Position numbers and translations under genes: made by a program. Below are positions 1 to 6,498 of a DNA stretch of 32,000 nucleotides, one piece after another. The notes under the pieces are model-generated. The model saw only the letters and a list, made by a program, of their open reading frames with translations, made no database searches and had not been told where the DNA came from. Every line of letters begins with the position of its first letter. Within the stretch, counting starts at the first letter, position 1. Location: positions 25,698 through 57,697 of the forward strand of contig DASSUS010000017.1 in the NCBI GenBank assembly GCA_035706765.1, written 5' to 3'. Source of the DNA: Gemmatimonadales bacterium. GTDB taxonomy: Bacteria; Gemmatimonadota; Gemmatimonadetes; Gemmatimonadales; GWC2-71-9.

Positions 1-258
1 GCGGCCGTCGGTCGCCGCCATGTAGCCGATCAGGCGGTTCAGCATCTCCCAGATGCCGTAGAGCGAGCGGCCCAACCCGCCGACGAGAATCGGCGTGATG
101 ACGAGCTGGACCGCGGCCTTGACGGTGTAATCGAGCAGCGACGCGACGGCGGTGAGCGAGGCCCGGCGCGTGAGCTGCGCGGGCCGGCGCGTCGGTTTTG
201 CCTGCTCGAGCGGTGTGGGCGTCTCGAGCGGATTCACCGCCGCGGCGTCAGTGGCCAT
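1..258 (-). CDS. Wzx-like polysaccharide/oligosaccharide flippase (MOP superfamily), N-terminal 86 codons; the gene continues beyond the left edge
   Basis: Not in the ORF track because there is no stop in the window. Hand translation from ATG at 258 gives MATDAAAVNPLETPTPLEQAKPTRRPAQLTRRASLTAVASLLDYTVKAAVQLVITPILVGGLGRSLYGIWEMLNRLIGYMAATDGR, open through position 1. A basic N-region is followed by a hydrophobic helix and an LGxxxYGxW pattern like Wzx/MOP N-termini. The ATG overlaps the upstream gene by 11 nt. GC3 is high. Confidence 0.5.
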   Translation of the reverse strand, partial: MATDAAAVNPLETPTPLEQAKPTRRPAQLTRRASLTAVASLLDYTVKAAVQLVITPILVGGLGRSLYGIWEMLNRLIGYMAATDGR

Positions 259-922
259 TGCGGCGCAGCTTCAGCCGCGACATCAGCTCCGCGGTGTTTT
301 CGTCCTGAAGCCCGGTCTCGGTACTGAGTGTGTCGATGTGGAGGTCGCCGACCTGCGCCAGCTCGCCGATCGTGCGCTCGAACGCGCGGCGGAACCCGGC
401 GGAAAAGCCGAAGATTTCGGCATCCGACATCGTCTTCACCATGTGCGGCTTGTCGCGTGTGCGGATGCGATTGGCGAGCGTGATGTCGGTCGCGTCGATG
501 AAGACGACGAGGTCGAGCATCGAGGCCCACTGGTCGATCACGCGCGCGCGCCAGCCGGCGGGCACACGATCGCCGTTGCGGTTGAAGAAGACGTCGAGCC
601 AGCTGAGCGCGAACACCGGCCCTTCGTCGAGCAGGATGACGCGGTGGCGCTGCGCTTCTTCCTCCACCACCTGGCGCAGCGCGCCGAGCCGCACCATTTG
701 CGCGATCTCGGCGGCCTTGAGGGGCGCGCGCTCCATCGTCGCGCCGAGTATCGTGGGCAACAGCGCCATCGCGCTGCGCATCAGCCGGCGCCTGGGCAGT
801 CCCCAGAGCGAAAGCCCGGACTTGATCGAGGCGTCGGCGTCGCTCGCGCCGCGTGCGAGCGTGGTTTTTCCGGCGCCGGCCGGTCCCACCAGCTCGACGA
901 TCACTGCGCGATTCCGGCTCAC
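248..922 (-). CDS. Small P-loop NTPase, kinase-like, family unknown
   Basis: This is the last 224 codons of track ORF 248..1597. GTG at 922 forms a GTGA overlap with the stop (919-921) of the upstream gene. It has Walker A VELVGPAGAGKTT, an acidic strand VILLDEGPVF, and VVFIDATD followed by the basic RIRTRDKPH. The upstream part of the track ORF is Arg/Ala-rich and overlaps the real frame of 919..2367. Confidence 0.7.
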   Translation of the reverse strand: MSRNRAVIVELVGPAGAGKTTLARGASDADASIKSGLSLWGLPRRRLMRSAMALLPTILGATMERAPLKAAEIAQMVRLGALRQVVEEEAQRHRVILLDEGPVFALSWLDVFFNRNGDRVPAGWRARVIDQWASMLDLVVFIDATDITLANRIRTRDKPHMVKTMSDAEIFGFSAGFRRAFERTIGELAQVGDLHIDTLSTETGLQDENTAELMSRLKLRRNGH

Positions 923-2367
923 AGCGTGCTCCAGAGCTCCGATTTGAGCTTCGCGACGACCTGCGGCAGCGGTTGGGCGGCGTCGATGATCCGCGCGCCG
1001 CTCCTGGTCCAATCGGTTTCGGCGGTCTTGCGGGCCCGCTCGCGGACGTAGTCGGCCGGCTCGGACGGCTTGCGGCTGACGGCGGTCTCGGGATCGAGGC
1101 GCAGCAGGAACAGCACATCGGGCGCGCTCATCCGCTCGTAGTAGCGTCGCTCCCACGCCCGCAGCCTGTTCGCGAACGGGGACTGCGCGTCGAGCGCGCG
1201 GCCCTGGAACTCGCTCGGCCCGGCGAGCGCCCACCCTTCGGGCAGGGGATAGCGCTCGCAGATCGCGATGCCGCCGCCGGCGGCAAAGCGGCGCGCGCGC
1301 CGGTAGAGGGCGTAGCGGTCGCGCGCGGTGCAGGCCATCCGCAGCAGCTCGCCGTGCGTGATGACGCGTGAGGAGGCCTGCGCGCGGCGCAGGATTTTCA
1401 GCACTCCGCCGACGACGAGCGTGGCGAGGCTGCGCGTGGGGCGGCCCAGGTGCACGTGCGTAGTGGCGAGCGAGGATTCGAGCCATGCCTCGAGCGCGTC
1501 GGCACAGGTCGATTTCCCGGAACCGTCGCCGCCGAGCAGCGCCACGACCGACCCTCCGCTCGCGAGTCGCTGACCCGTGGGACGGACGCGCCGCCACAGT
1601 CGTTCGGCGATTCCAAACACCGGCGGGCGCCAGGCGTGCGCCGAGAGTGCCTGCGCCAGCAGCGCGCGCGCGGCCAGGCGACGGCGCGGCAGCGCGCCCG
1701 GCTGCAGCGCATCGCGGCAGCGCGAAAACAGCGAGACGCTGACCTCGGGCAAGTGCCGGCGCAGCGCCGCGACGACGACGTCAGGTGAGACCTGCTCTTC
1801 GAGCCGGTCGATTTCGTTCAGGGCACCGATCAGCCACGCCGGAGTCCGGCGCCTGAGCGAGTCGCGCACCATGTGCCGCAGCGACAGACGCACGACGGCG
1901 ACGATCAGCTCGAGCTCGGGCGCGGCGGTCTTGAAGATCGCTCCGCTGCCGCCGCGATGCTGCGCGGACTCGAGCATCGCCTTCTCGAGCGGGAGGCGGT
2001 AATGGGTTCGCCAGGGCAGGCCCACCACGAGCCGCTGATAGACGTGGAGGTGAATCAACAGTCCGGTGCGCTCGTCGAGCCCGAAGAAATGCACGATCCC
2101 CGCGGCCTCTCGGCCGGCCGGTGGCAGCGCCAGCTTGAATCCCAGCCCGTTCACGACGTCCACAAAGTCCGCGTACGACGCGCTGTCGACCAGCAAATCG
2201 ATATCGCCGCGGCCGCTCTCCCAGCGCTCGCGCTTGCCGTGACCCTTCCACTGGCAATACGAGACGCCGCGATTCGCGAGCGTGGACCCGAGTCGCGAGA
2301 CGAGCGGGGCAGGGGAAACCGAACCGCTGCGCGGCGGAGCGGCGGTGGGGAGCAGGCTCAATGACAT
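919..2367 (-). CDS. Fusion protein: N-terminal pol-beta-type nucleotidyltransferase-like domain plus C-terminal thymidylate-kinase-like P-loop kinase domain
   Basis: 482-aa ORF. The N-terminal half has [20 protein letters not shown] (GxG ... DxD) then LLIHLHVY, resembling the uncharacterised NTP_transf_5-type family. The C-terminal half has Walker [16 protein letters not shown] (DRY-like) and [15 protein letters not shown], the layout of dTMP-kinase-like kinases. ATG 2367 overlaps the upstream stop by 10 nt. Confidence 0.75.
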   Translation of the reverse strand: MSLSLLPTAAPPRSGSVSPAPLVSRLGSTLANRGVSYCQWKGHGKRERWESGRGDIDLLVDSASYADFVDVVNGLGFKLALPPAGREAAGIVHFFGLDERTGLLIHLHVYQRLVVGLPWRTHYRLPLEKAMLESAQHRGGSGAIFKTAAPELELIVAVVRLSLRHMVRDSLRRRTPAWLIGALNEIDRLEEQVSPDVVVAALRRHLPEVSVSLFSRCRDALQPGALPRRRLAARALLAQALSAHAWRPPVFGIAERLWRRVRPTGQRLASGGSVVALLGGDGSGKSTCADALEAWLESSLATTHVHLGRPTRSLATLVVGGVLKILRRAQASSRVITHGELLRMACTARDRYALYRRARRFAAGGGIAICERYPLPEGWALAGPSEFQGRALDAQSPFANRLRAWERRYYERMSAPDVLFLLRLDPETAVSRKPSEPADYVRERARKTAETDWTRSGARIIDAAQPLPQVVAKLKSELWSTL

Positions 2368-3548
2368 GTTCCCGACCCCGTGTCGCTGAACGAGGCGCCG
2401 GCAACGGGGACGAACACCCAGTCGTAGCTGTCGATCTTCAGGGTCAGCTTCAGCACGCCGAACGCAGAGCCGCGCACTTCGCTGTTCGGGTGCACCGCAA
2501 CCGTGGGCAGGCTGGTCCCTTCTCCGCCACCGGTACCGACGATGAACTCGCGGATCCCCTTGGCGTCATCGACGGCGCCGCTCGGCGTCATGGGCTTCAG
2601 CCGCTCGTAATGGTGTGGCTGGGCGTTGAGGACGATCTCCACTCCCGCCGCGTACAGCGCGTCCCACAACGTCTTGCGCTCGCTGTTCGAAATGCCGCCC
2701 GCGGAATTGGACGATTGCCACATCGGCACGTGCCACATGGCGATGGTGCATTTCCGGCTGTTCGCGGCCAGGTCATCGACGAGCCACTGACGCTGTTCCG
2801 AGCCAGGACCGAATTGCACGAACGGCAGGTTGTCGTTGAGAACGATCACGTGCCATTGGCCGACGTCGTAGCTGTACCATCCTTTGCCCCGTTCGCCGAC
2901 CGCGCCCCCGAAGTAGTCGAACGCGCCATCGGCATTGCCCATGTTGTACTCATGGTTGCCGAGGGTGGGATGCGTCCGCGCCTTGAATTGCCCCCAGCTC
3001 GGCGAGTAGCAGTCGTCGTAGTCGGTGTCGGTGCCGTTGGGAAACGCGTTGTCGCCGAGCGTGAAGACGACGGCGTCCGGCTCGGCGGCGATCAGCGCCG
3101 CGGTGCGGTTGTCATTCGAAGAGCTGCAGTCGCCGATGTTACCGGCACCCATGAACACGACACTCGAGGCGGACGGCCGCGCCACCTCGGCGGTGGTCGC
3201 CGCGGGTGGGCTCTTCGCCCCGCGCGCGTCGGTCACCGTCAGCGCGACGTTGTAGTCACCGTCCTGCGCGTAGGTGTGCGAAGGCTTCATGTCGGTCGAG
3301 CTCGCGCCATCGCCGAACGTCCAGCTGAACGTCAAGGCATCGCCGTCCGGATCTGATGAGGCGCTGCCGTCGAAGTTCACCGTGCCCGTGGACGAGCTAT
3401 ACGGGCCACCCACGACGGCCACCGGCGGGCTGTTGGGCGGCGGCGGTGGCGGCGACACCGGCGGTGGGGGAGGCGGTGGATTGACCGTCTCACGGCATGC
3501 GACACCCAGAGCGATGAGCAGGAACACGAATGCTGGACGCGACGTCAC
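2358..3548 (-). CDS. Secreted (lipobox-like Cys) PKD-domain purple-acid-phosphatase-like metallophosphoesterase with partly substituted metal-ligand motifs (paralogue 1)
   Basis: GTG 3548 forms GTGA with the stop of the upstream paralogue and has GGGAGA 5 nt upstream; the track start TTG 3566 is the alternative. Signal peptide [18 protein letters not shown] is followed by a Pro tract and a PKD signature ([24 protein letters not shown]...[14 protein letters not shown]). The motifs read GNIG, GDNAF, GNHE, WHVP and AQPHH. The tail is [15 protein letters not shown]...DTGSGTCH. Confidence 0.85.
   Translation of the reverse strand: MTSRPAFVFLLIALGVACRETVNPPPPPPPVSPPPPPPNSPPVAVVGGPYSSSTGTVNFDGSASSDPDGDALTFSWTFGDGASSTDMKPSHTYAQDGDYNVALTVTDARGAKSPPAATTAEVARPSASSVVFMGAGNIGDCSSSNDNRTAALIAAEPDAVVFTLGDNAFPNGTDTDYDDCYSPSWGQFKARTHPTLGNHEYNMGNADGAFDYFGGAVGERGKGWYSYDVGQWHVIVLNDNLPFVQFGPGSEQRQWLVDDLAANSRKCTIAMWHVPMWQSSNSAGGISNSERKTLWDALYAAGVEIVLNAQPHHYERLKPMTPSGAVDDAKGIREFIVGTGGGEGTSLPTVAVHPNSEVRGSAFGVLKLTLKIDSYDWVFVPVAGASFSDTGSGTCH
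3423..3479 (-). repeat. Proline-codon (CCN) low-complexity tract, G-rich on the plus strand
   Basis: Encodes [19 protein letters not shown] immediately after the signal-peptide Cys of paralogue 1. Confidence 0.9.
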
Positions 3549-4723
3549 TGCGGTCTCCCGTGACAAGTGCCAGAGCCGGAATCGGTGAATGTGCCGCCGG
3601 CCGAGCGGATGAAACGCCAGTCATAGCCGGCGTTTTTGAGCGTGAGTTTCAGAACGCCCCAGGTGTCGTTGTTGCGCACTTCACTGTTCGAGCCCTCGGG
3701 AATCGGCCCGAACGCGTACAGTCCTTCGCCGCCGCCCGTGCCCACGACGATCTGAGGGATGCCGAAAGCGTTATCGAGCGTGCCGTCGGGCTTCTGGGGC
3801 GCGAAGCGTTGATACGAGTGATCGTGACCGTTGAGCACGAGATCCACGCCGTACTCGTACAGCGCATTCCAGATCGCCGTCACTTCGGGGCGGATCGGAG
3901 CGCGGTCCTTGATTGTTGAGAACCGCGGATGGTGCCACACGGCGAGCGTGCATTGCTCGGTGTGCGCGGCGAGCTCGGCGCGGATCCATTGCTCCTGCGG
4001 CGAGCCGGCTTCGTAATTCACGGGGCGGTCGGTGCCGGTATTGATCACCAGCACGAACCAGCTCCCGGCCGTGAAGCTGTAATAGCCTTTCGTGGGGTCG
4101 CCGGCGGCGGCGCCGAAATAGCCGTAGTAGCCGGCCGCACCCGAGGTGTTGTAGTCGTGATTTCCGGCGACGGGGCGTGTGCGGTACTTCTGCCGGCCCC
4201 ACGCCGGGTCGTAGCAGTTCGCGTACTCCTCGGGCGTGCCGTCGAGATAGGCGTTGTCGCCGAGCGGCATGACGATGCCCGGGATGGTATCGAGCGTCTG
4301 GCCCGTGGCGTCGTCGGAAGTCCGAAGGCAGTCGCCGATGTCGCCCGCGGCGAGGATGACGGGATCGCCGGTCGTGAGGTTGAGCGATGCCGAGCCGTTG
4401 GCGTCGCGCGCGTTCGTCACGCTGACGTCGACGCGGTAGTTCCCGTTGTTCGTGTAGGTGTGCGTCGCGGGAAGCGCGCCCTGCGTGCCGACCGATCCGG
4501 TGGAGCTGTTGCCGTCGCCCCAGTTGATCGAGTAGCTCCAGGGGCCCTGGTTGCTCGAGTCGCTGAACGTCACCGGGAGGGCGAACGTCGCGGCGAGCGG
4601 AACCGAGGGGAGCGTGCCGAGCGTGACATGGAGGTTGCCGCGGGGCTCGTTGGGGCCGCCGCAGGTCACGGTGACCACCAATAGAAAAACTCCGCACATG
4701 CGGACAAGGGTGCGTGCGATCAT
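3545..4723 (-). CDS. Secreted PKD-like-domain purple-acid-phosphatase-type metallophosphoesterase with all catalytic motifs intact (paralogue 2)
   Basis: ATG 4723 forms an ATGA overlap with the stop of the upstream mini-lipoprotein; the 60 upstream codons of track ORF 3545..4903 are rejected. Signal peptide [21 protein letters not shown] is followed by INWGDG...[15 protein letters not shown]. All five PAP motifs are present ([25 protein letters not shown]). The tail is [15 protein letters not shown]...DSGSGTCH. Confidence 0.88.
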   Translation of the reverse strand: MIARTLVRMCGVFLLVVTVTCGGPNEPRGNLHVTLGTLPSVPLAATFALPVTFSDSSNQGPWSYSINWGDGNSSTGSVGTQGALPATHTYTNNGNYRVDVSVTNARDANGSASLNLTTGDPVILAAGDIGDCLRTSDDATGQTLDTIPGIVMPLGDNAYLDGTPEEYANCYDPAWGRQKYRTRPVAGNHDYNTSGAAGYYGYFGAAAGDPTKGYYSFTAGSWFVLVINTGTDRPVNYEAGSPQEQWIRAELAAHTEQCTLAVWHHPRFSTIKDRAPIRPEVTAIWNALYEYGVDLVLNGHDHSYQRFAPQKPDGTLDNAFGIPQIVVGTGGGEGLYAFGPIPEGSNSEVRNNDTWGVLKLTLKNAGYDWRFIRSAGGTFTDSGSGTCHGRPQ

Positions 4724-4959
4724 AGTGATGCGATGGGGCCGGACTGCCAGGGGTAGTCGTGATTGTCGCTCGTGTCCTTCGGCGTCTTTTGCGGACCGGC
4801 CTTGGGAGCGGGAGCGGGTTCTTCGGGTGGCACCGTCTGCGGTTGGACCGCGGGTGAAGGTGCCGCAACGGGACGCTCCGGCTGGCGCGATTCGCGGCCG
4901 CATCCGAGCAACAGCGCTTGCAGCGCTACTGCCAGCATACGACCGTCGAATCTCGCCAT
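4720..4959 (-). CDS. 79-aa proline-rich mini-lipoprotein
   Basis: ATG 4959 is preceded by AGGAGA with a 7-nt spacer. The signal peptide has a good lipobox (MLAVALQALLLGC). The mature part is Pro/Glu/Lys-rich (PERPVAAPSPAVQPQTVPPEEPAPAPKAGPQKTPK). The stop overlaps the next start as ATGA (4720-4723). Confidence 0.65.
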   Translation of the reverse strand: MARFDGRMLAVALQALLLGCGRESRQPERPVAAPSPAVQPQTVPPEEPAPAPKAGPQKTPKDTSDNHDYPWQSGPIASL

Positions 4960-4983
4960 CGGAGCGTCTCCTATGCCGCGTGC

Positions 4984-6303
4984 TTAGTGGCAGGTCGCCG
5001 AACCAGAATCGGTCGGGCCACCGGGAGTCGCGTTGACGAACTCCCAGTCGTAGCTGTTGTCCTTCATCGTGAGCTTCAACACACCCCAGCTGTCGACGAT
5101 CTGCGCTTCACGCAGCGCTGGAGTGGCAGGGCCGCCGGGGTTGTCGAACGACCGGCCGCCGGTTCCGACGATGAACTGACGGAAGCCCGTCGGGTCGGGG
5201 CTCGCGGAACGAACGTCGGCGGGTGCAAACCGGGCGTACAGCTTGTCCTTCGCGCTGATCAGCAGATCGACACCGTACTGCTTCATGGTGCCGGCCATGC
5301 GAACCATGTTGAAGTTCTTGCCTTGCTCACCCAGGCTCGTGGTGTAGAAGCGCCGCTCCCACGAAATCACGGCGATGCACGGCTTCGTGTTCGCCGCGAG
5401 ATCTGTCGCAAGCCATTCAGCCTGTTCGGAAGGAACCTGAATTTCCTGTACGCCCGGTGTCGCGGGATCGCCGTCGGTCACGCCGAACGTCGTCGCCGCG
5501 CCATGCTCCCAATCGGACGTGTTCAGGAAGACGATGTGCCAGCTGCCCTTGTCGAACGAGAACCACCCCTTGTGAGCCGGGCCGGTCCGATCGCCGAGGT
5601 AGCCATATACACCATCAGGTCCGCGGTCGCTGCCGAAGTCACCGGTCCCAATCGCATACCAGGTCCGCGACCGGAACGCATCCCACCCCTTGCCCACGAA
5701 GCAGCTCTGGAACGTGGTTCCCGCGGTCATGTCGGCCAGATTGTTGCCGACAGTGAACGCGATCGCGCTCGTGTCGTTTTTCAGGATGTTATCGACCAGT
5801 GCCGCAGTGGCCTTCGGGCCAGCATCGCTGTTGCACGTCGAGATCTCGCCGGCGCCCACCATCGTGAATCCAGGAACTGTGGTCACACCCGTCGTCGTCG
5901 CCGTCGCGGTCGCGAACGCCGAGCTGGTCGTCGCGTCGAATGCCGAGACGCGATAGGTGTACTGCGTCGACGCCGCGAGCCCGACCGAGTCGACATACGT
6001 CGCGGCGTTCGCGGCCAGGTTCGCGCCGATCTGCGCGAACGTCGTGCACCCGGCGCCGCTGCACCGCTCGACCTTGTAGCCGGTCTCGGTGGTCGCGTTG
6101 TCGGTCCACGCCAGATCGACCCGCGTCTGCGACATCGGCGTCGCGGTCAATCCCGTCGGCGCGGCCAGCGTCGGCGGCGGCGGCGGTGGGGGCGGGGGTG
6201 GGTTGGTCACGGTGTCTTCTTTACAGGCGCCGAAGGCGCCGATCGTGCCGGCGGCGGCGAGCACCAGCGCGGCTCGAACCATGGAGCGGTTAGTGAACCT
6301 CAT
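4984..6303 (-). CDS. Secreted FN3-domain purple-acid-phosphatase-like protein with all metal-ligand motifs degenerate (paralogue 3, predicted pseudoenzyme)
   Basis: ATG 6303 is preceded by AAGGAGAG with a 7-nt spacer. Signal peptide MRFTNRSMVRAALVLAAAGTIGAFGAC is followed by 10 Pro and an FN3-like segment (PTGLTATPMSQTRVDLAWTDNATTETGYKVER...YTYRVSAF). The phosphoesterase core aligns to paralogues 1 and 2 but reads GEIS, GNNLA, GTGD, SWER and AKDK. The tail is VLKLTMKDNSYDWEF...DSGSATCH. Confidence 0.85.
   Translation of the reverse strand: MRFTNRSMVRAALVLAAAGTIGAFGACKEDTVTNPPPPPPPPPPTLAAPTGLTATPMSQTRVDLAWTDNATTETGYKVERCSGAGCTTFAQIGANLAANAATYVDSVGLAASTQYTYRVSAFDATTSSAFATATATTTGVTTVPGFTMVGAGEISTCNSDAGPKATAALVDNILKNDTSAIAFTVGNNLADMTAGTTFQSCFVGKGWDAFRSRTWYAIGTGDFGSDRGPDGVYGYLGDRTGPAHKGWFSFDKGSWHIVFLNTSDWEHGAATTFGVTDGDPATPGVQEIQVPSEQAEWLATDLAANTKPCIAVISWERRFYTTSLGEQGKNFNMVRMAGTMKQYGVDLLISAKDKLYARFAPADVRSASPDPTGFRQFIVGTGGRSFDNPGGPATPALREAQIVDSWGVLKLTMKDNSYDWEFVNATPGGPTDSGSATCH
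6172..6201 (-). repeat. Run of 10 proline codons, G-rich on the plus strand
   Basis: CCA CCC CCG CCC CCA CCG CCG CCG CCG CCG, read on the minus strand directly after CKEDTVTN of paralogue 3. Confidence 0.9.
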
Positions 6304-6372
6304 ACTTCGTCTCTCCTTGAGTGAAAACGTGAATCGCTTGCAAGCACAGGCCGGTGCCGGTACGAGCGGAGA

Positions 6373-6396
6373 CCGTGCCGCCGGCAGTCGGCACGG
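6373..6396 (-). other. GC-rich stem-loop (8-bp perfect stem, 8-nt loop) in the intergenic gap; possible internal terminator or RNA processing/stability element
   Basis: CCGTGCCG (6373-6380) and CGGCACGG (6389-6396) are exact reverse complements. One further pair is possible after a mismatch. No U tract follows on the minus-strand transcript. Confidence 0.3.
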
Positions 6397-6418
6397 CCGC
6401 CCAGAATCCTGAACAGCG

Positions 6419-6496
6419 TCAGTCGCACGAGAGCACCGCGAGTACGGCGCCGAGAATCACGAGGGCGCGCAGCAACAGCATCATGGCAGGTCTCAC
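6419..6496 (-). CDS. Candidate 25-codon hydrophobic micro-ORF (signal-peptide-like, ends Cys-Asp)
   Basis: The sequence GTG AGA CCT GCC ATG ATG CTG ... TGC GAC TGA encodes (M)RPAMMLLLRALVILGAVLAVLSCD. AAGGAG (6502-6507, the last codons of the upstream gene) lies 5 nt upstream of the GTG. Alternative ATG starts are at 6484 and 6481. It is too short to judge by composition. Confidence 0.25.
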   Translation of the reverse strand: MRPAMMLLLRALVILGAVLAVLSCD

Positions 6497-6498
6497 AG

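Noticed and set aside
923-1597. N-terminal 225 codons of track ORF 248..1597
   Set aside because: This part overlaps the well-supported frame of 919..2367 and is Arg/Ala-rich. A GTGA-coupled GTG at 922 lies just upstream of the Walker A motif.
3423-3479. G-rich short repeats (also 6172-6201), considered as a CRISPR-like array, a simple-sequence contingency locus or a G-quadruplex element
   Set aside because: They are fully explained as in-frame proline codons forming tethers after signal-peptide cysteines. There is no spacer/repeat periodicity. Because the unit is a multiple of 3 nt and imperfect, phase-variable frameshifting is unlikely.
4729-4760. NHDY in the mini-lipoprotein tail, considered as a remnant of the GNHDY phosphoesterase motif and therefore a decayed paralogue
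   Set aside because: Only four residues match and there is no flanking similarity. Too short to carry weight.
4724-4903. N-terminal 60 codons of track ORF 3545..4903
   Set aside because: No signal peptide would result from this start. It overlaps the SD-supported mini-lipoprotein frame. ATG 4723 gives a proper signal peptide and an ATGA overlap.
4918-6324. 468-aa plus-strand ORF
   Set aside because: Antisense to paralogue 3. It contains Arg/Gly runs produced by reading the poly-Pro codons backwards.
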